NCBI GenBank assembly: GCA_004764695.1
Contig: SMSO01000032.1
Span: 4,806,483-4,870,482 of the forward strand
DNA: 64,000 bases
Reading direction: 5' to 3'
Source: Schizochytrium sp. TIO01
Taxonomy: Eukaryota > Protista > Bigyra: Labyrinthulomycetes
Below, in pieces: positions 10,824 through 20,200 of this stretch. A program made the translations under genes and the position numbers. Within the stretch, counting starts at the first letter, position 1; each line of letters begins with the position of its first letter. A model generated the notes under the pieces. It was not told the origin of the DNA and made no database searches. It saw nothing but the letters and a program-made list of their open reading frames with translations.

Positions 10824-12704
10824 TTAAAGTGGCTGAAAAGAAGCAGGTTCTGCCTTCCGTTTAGCTTTGATAGACCATTTATCTCTCTTGATGTCTACCT
10901 TGAGCGGGGCCCAGTGGAGACGTTCAGGGTCGACACGAATGCCTTTGAGAGGATGCCGCTTTAGTTTCTCACGGAGGATACCTTCGTCTGCACATAAAAC
11001 GTAGCGCCCATTAACAAACTTAATTAAGTCAAGAAACTTCAGCGCTAGGATTACGTCTTCAGTCTTGATTGATGTATATTTTGTGATTTCGATCACAGAG
11101 ATAGCATCCCCAGGCATCTCTAGCAAAGCTTCTAACACTGCAAAACACCAATATGAGCGATATGAGAGCTGGCCAAGATCACTGAGCGGCTTTTCGGGCG
11201 AGCCTACCTTTTCTTCCTTCTTGGACAACTCGTATGAAAACGAGATCAAAAACTTACCATAACCCTTGCGCTGATAAGCTGGCAAGGTAAGAATGCAGGC
11301 AAGGTTGTAGCCTTGTTCACTATATTTCTCCTTACTAAAATAGCCCACGGGGTGGTATCCCTTTTCGTCATACTCGCAAAGCACATAAAAGAGAAATGGG
11401 TCCACATCCCAATGCAGGGTTTTGTGATCGAGAAAAAACTTGGCAATATAACTCAGGTTCTGCGAATAGATTTTAGACTTTGCACCGTCTACCTCAAACA
11501 TAGAAATCTTGTTTTCGTCGTCACGATAAATTTCATCGCCAGGCGGGTGTCTGATTTTGCATCGACGGTAATGACGTTCAAGCTCAGATTTGTGGCGATA
11601 CATATCGAGAGTGAATTCGCTAATGTAAAGAATATCCACAGAACCCTCAGGAAAAAACTCTCGTGGGATCGGAGAGAAGTACCACGTCTCCATAATATTT
11701 CTGCCTAGCTCAATCCGATTTACATTCTTTACCTTCGTAATCTCCTCATGTTCTCGGATACTATCTGGGTCCATACCATTGCTACCTCCGTACTCCTCTT
11801 CAACAAACTCTACAACATCTTGACGCCGTGTGCGACCTGATGGGTCATGGTCTGTGACGTCTTCAGAAGATACCCATGTATCCATACGACGATTAAACTC
11901 GATGTAGTGCACATAATATTTGACCGACCCATCAGAGTTTCTCTGTTTCTCAATAATCACACATGGCCGAAAGCTTCCGTCCTTGCGATAGGGACAGAAT
12001 ACTGCGGCGCCGATTTTGTAAGTTCCATCTTCTTCACGCAGGTCTTCCCAGTTGGTTTCCTCGTCCCCGTCACCTTTATCTGTGTCGGTAGTCTTTTTCT
12101 TCTTATTCTTGCTGTCGCCACTCTTGGAGCCCGCAGCCTTAGATTTAGTCGTGTTCTTTGAGTTTTTGGTGGAGTTCTTCGAGTTTTTTGAATTTTTCGA
12201 GGATGATGCCTTTTTGAGGACCTCAGTCTCCTCCTTCTCACCCTCCTGTTGTTGTTGCTGTTGCTTTTCCTCCTCGTCCTCGATCTTTACTACGTTTACG
12301 TCTTTACTTTCATCTTCTTCATCGCCATCAGCCTCCACCATTTCCACATCTTTATCATCTTCGTCATTGCCTTCGTTCTCACCACTTTTAGTTTCATCTT
12401 GAGCGGAGTTCTTGGCCTCTTCGGTGTCGCCTTCGGCAGCCATTTTCGTGTCTTCGTCCTCTGCCTCTTTCTTTACATCTTGATCTTTGATGGCCTCTTC
12501 TTCCTTCGACACCTCCTCTTCTTTCAGGGCATCCTCTGTATCTTCTACACCAGCTGTGGCATTCTCCACCTCTAAGTCTTCTTCTTCGGCCTTGACGTTC
12601 TTGGCGTTTTTGGCGCTGCTGGACTTGGAGCTCTTGGAGCGGGCCTTGGACTTTTTGCTGCGACGCGAATCCTCGCCGCCACCGCCGCGTTTACGGGACC
12701 TCAT
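10824..12704 (-). CDS. MYST-family histone acetyltransferase (Esa1/Tip60/MOF type) with chromo-barrel domain
   Basis: Tudor-knot YYVHYIEFNRRMDTWV, then TWYFSP, HPPGDEIYR, FLDHKTL, GYFSKEK, NLACILTLPAYQRKGYG and GSPEKPLSDLG. Probable start MRSRKR at 12704; the upstream ORF part looks like UTR. Confidence 0.95.
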   Translation of the reverse strand: MRSRKRGGGGEDSRRSKKSKARSKSSKSSSAKNAKNVKAEEEDLEVENATAGVEDTEDALKEEEVSKEEEAIKDQDVKKEAEDEDTKMAAEGDTEEAKNSAQDETKSGENEGNDEDDKDVEMVEADGDEEDESKDVNVVKIEDEEEKQQQQQQEGEKEETEVLKKASSSKNSKNSKNSTKNSKNTTKSKAAGSKSGDSKNKKKKTTDTDKGDGDEETNWEDLREEDGTYKIGAAVFCPYRKDGSFRPCVIIEKQRNSDGSVKYYVHYIEFNRRMDTWVSSEDVTDHDPSGRTRRQDVVEFVEEEYGGSNGMDPDSIREHEEITKVKNVNRIELGRNIMETWYFSPIPREFFPEGSVDILYISEFTLDMYRHKSELERHYRRCKIRHPPGDEIYRDDENKISMFEVDGAKSKIYSQNLSYIAKFFLDHKTLHWDVDPFLFYVLCEYDEKGYHPVGYFSKEKYSEQGYNLACILTLPAYQRKGYGKFLISFSYELSKKEEKVGSPEKPLSDLGQLSYRSYWCFAVLEALLEMPGDAISVIEITKYTSIKTEDVILALKFLDLIKFVNGRYVLCADEGILREKLKRHPLKGIRVDPERLHWAPLKVDIKRDKWSIKAKRKAEPASFQPL

Positions 12705-13283
12705 CCTCACAGGCTTGATCTGCCTGTCTCTCCCCGGCAGAACCTCTGAGCACGCCCTGTGCAGAAACTTCCTCTCGACGGTGGTCACGATTCGGGATTT
12801 GATTGCTAGATTTGATTTGAGCGCGAGAAGAAAAAAAAGAAGAAACAAAACATTGTAAAGAAGAACGCCAAAAGAACGCCCAAAGAACACTGGACTTATA
12901 GAAGTGATGTTGAATTTTGACTTTGGCTTTGGCTTGGAGACATACTTTAACTTTAGCTTTTTCATTTCTTATTTTGAACACGACCAGGGCCCACCTCCGA
13001 TCTGCGTCTTTCCCAACCGTCCTGGTCTACAATGATAGCGATACCAAGTTTTCTACAATTATAAGCAATTGTCACTTTCTGTTCTTTTAGTCAGTTTTCT
13101 GTTTTTCTGTTTTCGTTGACGACGCAGATTTGGGTTTTCTGGATGCAAGCAAACAAACCAGGTTGAGCAGCGACGTGTCAACTTTGTTAGAAGCAGGTAA
13201 GGAGCGCCACCTGCTGCAGATCGACTCCCTCATTTAGTCTAGCTTTGGGTTGACTGTCTGGAGAAAGAGGAGAAAAAAAGGAG

Positions 13284-14603
13284 ATGGCACGGCAAGGACA
13301 CGGTCGTGATCTTGCTAACGCCAACGGTGCAACGAGCGAGGGTGAGACCACCGATGTTGAGGAGGTTGACGTCGACGTGGACACAGAGTGCGAAACGGAT
13401 GTAGAAGATGCATGTTCTGAGGCTGGGTCGCCTGCCAAAAAAAACTTGCCTGCACGCCACCGACAGCAACACGGTGCCAAAGCCGTTTCCGGGCTCGAGA
13501 ATGAGCAGTCAGAAACGACTTCGGAGGATACAAAGGAGCAAAGTGGACAAATGACTAAGCTTGATGTAGGCAGCGAAACCCAAAATCCTGAGAGTGGTGA
13601 TGTGGAGGACCAGGTTGAAAACTCCGACTCAATGGAAGCAAACGCGCCTGCAAAGAAGAATCCCTCTTCAAAGAAGAAGGGACCTGCGCAATACTCGTTA
13701 ACACCCGCTCAACGCCAGGAAATCAAGAAATTGGTGGAGGACGAATCCGTACCAGCTGAGAAACGGCTTAAAAACCTTCGCGAAAAGTATGCTGAAGCAT
13801 TGATGCTGCAAAATGGCTATGAGACGTATGTCAAGGTTATGGAAAAACGTCTTGAGAGCGTGGAAAACGACCTTACCAAGAATGTACAGCTCAAGAACCG
13901 CCTCGAAGCCCTTTGTCGGGATCTCCAGGCACATAATAAGAAGATCCTTGCTGATAGCAAGCTGGCTACCCAGAAACAAGAGCAGTTGCGTATGCAATCT
14001 AACGCAGAGTTTCAATCAGCATTGGATAGCTTAAGCCAGAAGATCGAATCCAGTGGTGAGATGGAAAGGATCAATACCCAGCTGCGGAAGGCTCTGGACG
14101 ACGCAAGTGCCAGGCTCAAGCTCATTGAGGAACACCACGCAAAACAGCTTGAGGCCAAGGGCATCGAATTGCAGCTACAAAGTGCGCGTGCTGCCCAGCA
14201 ACATCAGGTCATGGAATCAAAACTCCAGGAGTATAAGTTGCGGTCTCAATTGCAAGAGAGCCTTCTTGAAGAGAATCAGTCACTCAAAGATTCATTGAGT
14301 TCCTCTAAGTCCATGTTTGATAAATTGTACAGCACGGTGGGTGATACAGATAAAGCACTGAAAGGCATGCGTCAAGAAATGAAAGGTCTGGTTCAAAACA
14401 AGGCGAAGGTTATGGAAGAGAATCGTCAGCTCCGTGAACGTTATGCAACCCTTCAGGAAACACACAAGACTGAAACAAAGCGCCTCACAGCTCAAGCTGC
14501 TACCCAGAATGCTCAGTTGGATAAACTGAAGGCATTAACGCGTTCATTCAAGCAGCAACTGGATGCCCGTGATCAAAACCAAGCTCTTGAGGTCAACCAG
14601 TAG
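13284..14603 (+). CDS. Taxilin-family coiled-coil protein
   Basis: KNRLEALCRDLQAHNK matches the taxilin signature KLE.LCRELQ..NK; LIEEHHAKQLEAKGIELQL; acidic N-terminus. Confidence 0.8.
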   Translation: MARQGHGRDLANANGATSEGETTDVEEVDVDVDTECETDVEDACSEAGSPAKKNLPARHRQQHGAKAVSGLENEQSETTSEDTKEQSGQMTKLDVGSETQNPESGDVEDQVENSDSMEANAPAKKNPSSKKKGPAQYSLTPAQRQEIKKLVEDESVPAEKRLKNLREKYAEALMLQNGYETYVKVMEKRLESVENDLTKNVQLKNRLEALCRDLQAHNKKILADSKLATQKQEQLRMQSNAEFQSALDSLSQKIESSGEMERINTQLRKALDDASARLKLIEEHHAKQLEAKGIELQLQSARAAQQHQVMESKLQEYKLRSQLQESLLEENQSLKDSLSSSKSMFDKLYSTVGDTDKALKGMRQEMKGLVQNKAKVMEENRQLRERYATLQETHKTETKRLTAQAATQNAQLDKLKALTRSFKQQLDARDQNQALEVNQ

Positions 14604-14985
14604 GACTTTTTGTCCGCCAGGGGAGTTGCCACAATCTTGAGAAAGTAGATGGACATGACGGCACCCCCAACGCGAAGGCCAGCGCATGAGAACCGTTGTG
14701 GTCTTAACTTGATAGAATCATGAACGATTGAGTCACGACACCTATCAAGCATTTGAGAATGAATGAACCTGACCGTTTTTTAATCTCCTCTAGACACTGA
14801 GAACCAAAACCAAAAAATATAAAAACTATCTTTCTTTATCTGACTCTTCTGCAGACACAACACCTCGTATAGATTATCCTTCTCTAAGTTTGAGTTTTAA
14901 GAAAATGCTAGTTGGCGGATAAAAGAACTGCCAGGTTGTAAGCGTTATATATGTTTTAGATAGTTTTAGAAAGGTTTGTTTTCAG

Positions 14986-15276
14986 CTAATGCACGATGGG
15001 TTTTAATGGGGCGGCACGAACTGTTTCAAGATCTGTTTTGGCATCAGTCTCCTCGTCGAGTGCACCCACAAGAGCAACATTTGCGCCACGGAGGATCAGA
15101 ATTCCGTACGGTACACTTTCGCAGCCTTCGTCTTCCGAATAGATACGTTCGACACAGTCCTCTATTATAAGGTTTGTTTGGCGGTCAAGTCCTCGTAGCT
15201 TACCGATGTAGTGGCGGCCGTCATTGGCAATCACAGAGATCTTTTGACCTACAAGCTCATCGAGGTGTTTGGACAT
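14986..15276 (-). CDS. LSM8: U6 snRNA-associated Sm-like protein LSm8
   Basis: 96 aa. Sm1 ISVIANDGRHYIGKLRGLDRQTNLII, Sm2 GILILRGANVALVG, LSm8-type C-terminus VRAAPLKPIVH. Confidence 0.92.
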   Translation of the reverse strand: MSKHLDELVGQKISVIANDGRHYIGKLRGLDRQTNLIIEDCVERIYSEDEGCESVPYGILILRGANVALVGALDEETDAKTDLETVRAAPLKPIVH

Positions 15277-15557
15277 GGGCTCTAAAATGAGAAACCCAGA
15301 TGTGTGTAGAAAAGAAGGATCTTGTTTTGATCTTGTTTTGCAGGGGTTTTCAGTAGCCTAATTCTCAGTAACAATATTAGCAGCCTTTTCAGAGCACGAG
15401 GTAGAGAACCACGAAAGGAACAGTGCAAAAAGAAATACTAGAACGAGCTGCCAGCTTTGCACCTCACCAGCACGAGGACCAAACAAACACCGCTTTGACC
15501 CTTCTTCCACAACAACTGAGTTGTGCAGATTCGAGGTCCACTGTATATAATTCCAAC

Positions 15558-15584
15558 AAGAAGAAGAAGAAGAAGAAGAAGAAG
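15558..15584. repeat. (AAG)n microsatellite
   Basis: 9 tandem AAG units; a pyrimidine tract on the minus strand upstream of LSm8. Confidence 0.9.
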
Positions 15585-17282
15585 CAAAGAGCCGCAATAC
15601 CAAGCGCTTACGTCAGTCTCAAAACTGTCCTTATGTTCCACCCTCCAGGTTGTATCCCTTTGCTAACCTCAGGGAAAACAATAAATTTTTAAACAACAGT
15701 AGACTAGTAGTCGTCCTCGAAGCCAGACAATGTAACAATAAGAACCAAGCCCAGCTTCCGTGGTCCCGAATTCAAGTGACGACAAACCGTCTGTAAAACG
15801 GGCGAAAATATCCTAAGCTTTTCCAGTAAGGTTACCCGTTTCCTTGGAATGTATGAGAAGCTGAGCCTGTGGCCAACGCCAAGGAATCCTTGAGATTGCC
15901 ACGCCAAAGTAGAACTACAAGTCAATCGTAGTCCCGCTGGATTGAGTGTAGATACAAGAAAAACAGCGGCAAGAGTCACACCAAGAACACCAACCAACTA
16001 CCCGCAAACTGTGCTGACCTCGCCGGACCGTAGGTTGTCGACAAATTAACTCACACCTCGAGGGTACTCTTTGGCCATAACCCTCGCTCTCCCCACTCCT
16101 CGCAGCGCGCTCCCAGGGGTGCAAGGTCGATAGTCTCGCAATCGCTCGCCGCGGTATCGAAACTACAACAATACGGAATTGAAGGCCCCTTCGCTTGTCT
16201 CCCCTTCTCCCGGAATTCCATACATTATTCCCGGAATTCCTTATTCATCGGAGTTGGGGTGTACTCCTCGCATCAAAAATAGAACGGTCCAGAAGGTTAA
16301 TATTCATACCCACCTTTATTTGCTACTTAACTCCGCATATGCCCCCAAAGTTTCATATAGCATAAGCAGGTATTTATCGAAAAGAACAAAGTGCATCACA
16401 GAAATAAATACAAGTTTATAAGTGCCCAAGAGAGCGCACTTTCTCCGCGTAGTACTAGTAATGTAGGTAGTGGCCCGAATTGCTATTTCTGGCGCGTTTG
16501 CACGTGCCACGAACCCTCAACTGGCGATCGGGCGAGCGCGAGACCGCTCACGGGCGGACGCTCAGCAACCCTGCAGGCCTCCTGCGCCTGCTGGGTAGCG
16601 ATAACTGAGCCTCGGTGACGGTTGTAGACCCCGGGGGTCTGGCGGAGCCCATTTGGCGCGTGTCTTGGGGCCATTTTGCATCGTCAATTCAATTCACTCT
16701 ATTTTGCTCGCGCGTATTCTACCTCTGCTATCGAGTTGTGCCTGCGCTTGCTTGCCTGCGTGGCTTGGGGACAAAGGGGAAAGAGCTGAAAGTAACTGAG
16801 ACTCCACACTGCTTGCCTGGTTGCTTGAAACTTGCTTGCTTGAGAAGTGAGTAGGTACAAGGACCAAAGAACATACTATTACACATTTGTGTATACATCC
16901 TGTTTAGTTCCGTGTATAGCTTCTGCGCGATTGTGTTACGTATTCGAAGCAGAGCAATAGCACTGCAAGCAGCTTTTCTTGTGGAGAATCTTCGTTGGTT
17001 TTTCTTTACGCGTGCTCTCGTCTGGCTGTACGTGGCTCAGTAGATTGAGTGACTGCGTAGTGCGTATTTACTCTCACAATTTATTTGTACCTGGGCAGTG
17101 TAGACAACCTGAAGCAGATTTCTCAAAAGGTCAAAAGATCCATATTCAAATTGGGAGCGGTTACTGAAGAAGACTTTGAATTAGTTCTCAAGGCTATTCG
17201 AGCAAAAATTGGTTGCTCATTGGAGCTTTTATTGTGAAGGAAGTACCCCTTTAGAAGAAAGCCCTTAGATCTAATCATTAAA

Positions 17283-20200
17283 ATGGGTACGACTTTCTCA
17301 AGCGGAAATGCCGCAGCACAAGGAAATCTTCAGGAGTCTTGGGAACGTCGCATGGAGCATGGTCTTGAAATGAGCTCTGGTCTGGGATCCCAAGGCGACC
17401 TACAGGGATTAACAGAGAGTGAAAAGAAATCGCTTTGGAAACTCAAGAACACGACTGCATCGGAGGCAAGAAAGCAATTTGAGCACGCACTTAGGGGCTC
17501 AAACCTGTTCAAACAGGCAAACCGAGAACTCGTGACTGAACTTTTTGATGAAGCAGTACCAATCTTTGTGAAGAAGGATCAAGTCATTTTAGAGAAAGGG
17601 GCAGTAGGACAAGTTATGTTTATTGTAGTTAAGGGTGCCGTTTCTGCCCACAAGAATTCAGATCTCTCTCATTACAGACTAAGACAGCTAAAGGACTCTG
17701 GTGATATGATAAAGCAGTTTCAGAGCTTTATTAAAGGACCTGAATACTCAAGTTCTGATGATGAGCAGAATGATCTGGATAGCGATAATGACTTTGATGA
17801 TAGTGGGGATATAGAGGAAAGCGAGACTGAGAGTGATGGCCCTGGTCATGGAAGCCCAAAGGATAGTTCTGAGTACCCTGAATCTATTGCATCTTCTGTT
17901 TCTTCTCTCTCAAATTTAAAAAGAAGACTGAGCAGACGCAGATCAGAGATGCTCAATGTTCAGGTAAAAGGTACTGATGACACACCTTCTAACAATGTTG
18001 CAAACGCACGTGCGCAATCCTCCGTGGAACATGACCGAAGCAGGACCCCAGATAAGGTGGTAGATTCTTCTCAAAGCCAACACAAGACCCGGCTCGAGAG
18101 AAATCGCACTTTAAGAGGTCTTTTCAGTCGCCGCAGGATTGATACTTCTGAATCGCGATCTTTGGATGATAACAAACATGCCCGACAGACTCTGTCAACT
18201 GTTGGTACTGGAGTTTCTAACGCCACTAGTCTCTCTTCAAGTGAGCCAAGAGAGACCTTTACATCGGGCAGCAGCCGCAGCGACCTTATCGACGCTATTG
18301 AAACCGTAGAAGATAAGGAGTATGGTCATGTGGGTCATCTGATTCGTGGTACTACGAGGATGCAAAAGTCCCTCGGTCCAGGACGTGCTTTTGGTACTCA
18401 TTGCGTTCTTGTGAACACACCACATTCTTGGACGGTTTCTGCAAAACGAGACACTTTATTGCTGGCAATTCATCGGGTTCAGTTTCAAGAAGTTACTCAG
18501 CGTGTGTCCCAGCGAAGTCGCCTTCGCGAGGACGAGAAAGAACGTGAAGGCTGGCTATTGCGGTTTCCTTTCTTAGCCCAACTCAAACCAGAGAGCCTCT
18601 CCCAGCTTGCCAAGGAGATAACATCGTGCTCATTTGCACCAGGAGAAGTTGTTTGTGGATACGGGGAGCCGCTTGAAGGCATGTATGTAGTAATGACAGG
18701 AACACTGGCCTTTCGTAGCACCAACGGGGAAGAGGTACGCTGGTTCCACCAGGGGGATTGTGTTGGCCGTGGCATTTTTATGCTTGCTTCTGACAAACTC
18801 ATGGCACGTTGCAGAGCGGCCTCTCTTGAAAGTGGCCTTGAAATTGCTGTTTCAGGAGAAGATCATGTAGAGTGCATCTTTCTTGAATGGAAACGTTTGG
18901 TACAGCGTAGCTCAAACTACCCATCGTTGAATCCATTCTTTGCCTCAGGCTCAATCAAGTCTCTTATCACTGGTGATGACCGCAAAGCTGGTAAGGCGCT
19001 AGCACAACAGCAGCTGCAGCTGCAGCTGCAGGAGCACAAGCTTACTCAGTCTAAGGCATCTTCGAACAAAGATGCTGTCCAGACTGAGAATCAGGCTGAG
19101 ACTTCTTTGATTGAGATTGGTGCTGAAGTTAGTATAAACCTAGCACGGGATGCGCTCCAATCATGTCCGCTGTTCGCACTCTTAGATATGAATGAAATCA
19201 GCGATCTCGCTGAAAGCTTTGAGCTTTGCATCTTTGACGATGACGACGAAATATTCTCAGAAGGTGATGCCCTCGATGATGATCAAGCAATCTACTTAAT
19301 TCTGCATGGTGTGGTTGAGCTGTCTGGTCTCGTACTACCTTTCTGGGAGTTTGCTCAAACTGCTGTGCTTGCAGAGCTCAATGAAAGGAATCTCCGCAAC
19401 GATAGCAGGTGGAGTACCAATTCTTACTCCCCACTGCGGCGCGGATTGAGTCAGCAATCCCTTTCACCAGATTCGATAGATGCAGTAACATTTGCCCCAC
19501 CTGGCGTTGTAGGACGTACAAAGGATCAAGTGCTGCTGCTGGATGGAGACACCTTTGGTGAAGAGTGCTTAGAACGTGGTTCGCGAGGTGTTCACTCTAC
19601 CTCCTGTAAGGCGCTTGGAGCAGTTGTATGCGCACGCATACCAAAGGACCTCCTTGAGCGCGTCGGAGTACTTGAGAAGGTCCAGCGTGTTTACCTTGGT
19701 GCATACCAACCACCTACCTCAGAAATCAATCGTCGTAAATCCTCTACTTCCTCTGCAGGTAAGCGTCCTGCATGGCGCCGCCTTGCTGCGATGTCACTTG
19801 CTGAATCCTTCTCTATGAGTGACAACTTCTTACTTCTGCACGACCTTCTTGAATTCGAGCCTGGCGAAGACGGCACGATGCAAGCGCGGCGTCGCTCTCT
19901 TATGCGCACAATCAATCGTGAAAATCTTAAGGTTGTTTCAAGACTTCATGAAACTCGAACGACCAATGTTTTCCTGGCACTCCATGCCCCAACCATTCAA
20001 CTATGTGTAGTCAAGAGTACAAATGTAGAGCGTGCGAATGAAGATGGTATGGGTCGTTTTGTGTTGACTGAGCAGACGATTCTTTCACAAGTCGAGAGTC
20101 CATTTATCATCAAACTTCTTAGTGCTTGGAATGAAAGCCCGTCAACTTTGGTGGCACTTGAACCGGCTCTGGCTGGCTCTCTTGAGCACCGCTTGACAGT

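Noticed and set aside
12705-12965. N-terminal 87 codons of the track's MYST ORF
   Set aside because: Low-complexity, T-rich UTR-like sequence; coding-like composition starts at ATG 12704.
15700-16700. Possible spliceosomal snRNA, SRP RNA, RNase P/MRP or TPP riboswitch
   Set aside because: Diagnostic motifs (U1 5' end, U2 branch-pairing region, U6 ACAGAGA box, SRP helix 8, TPP core) were not found by eye.
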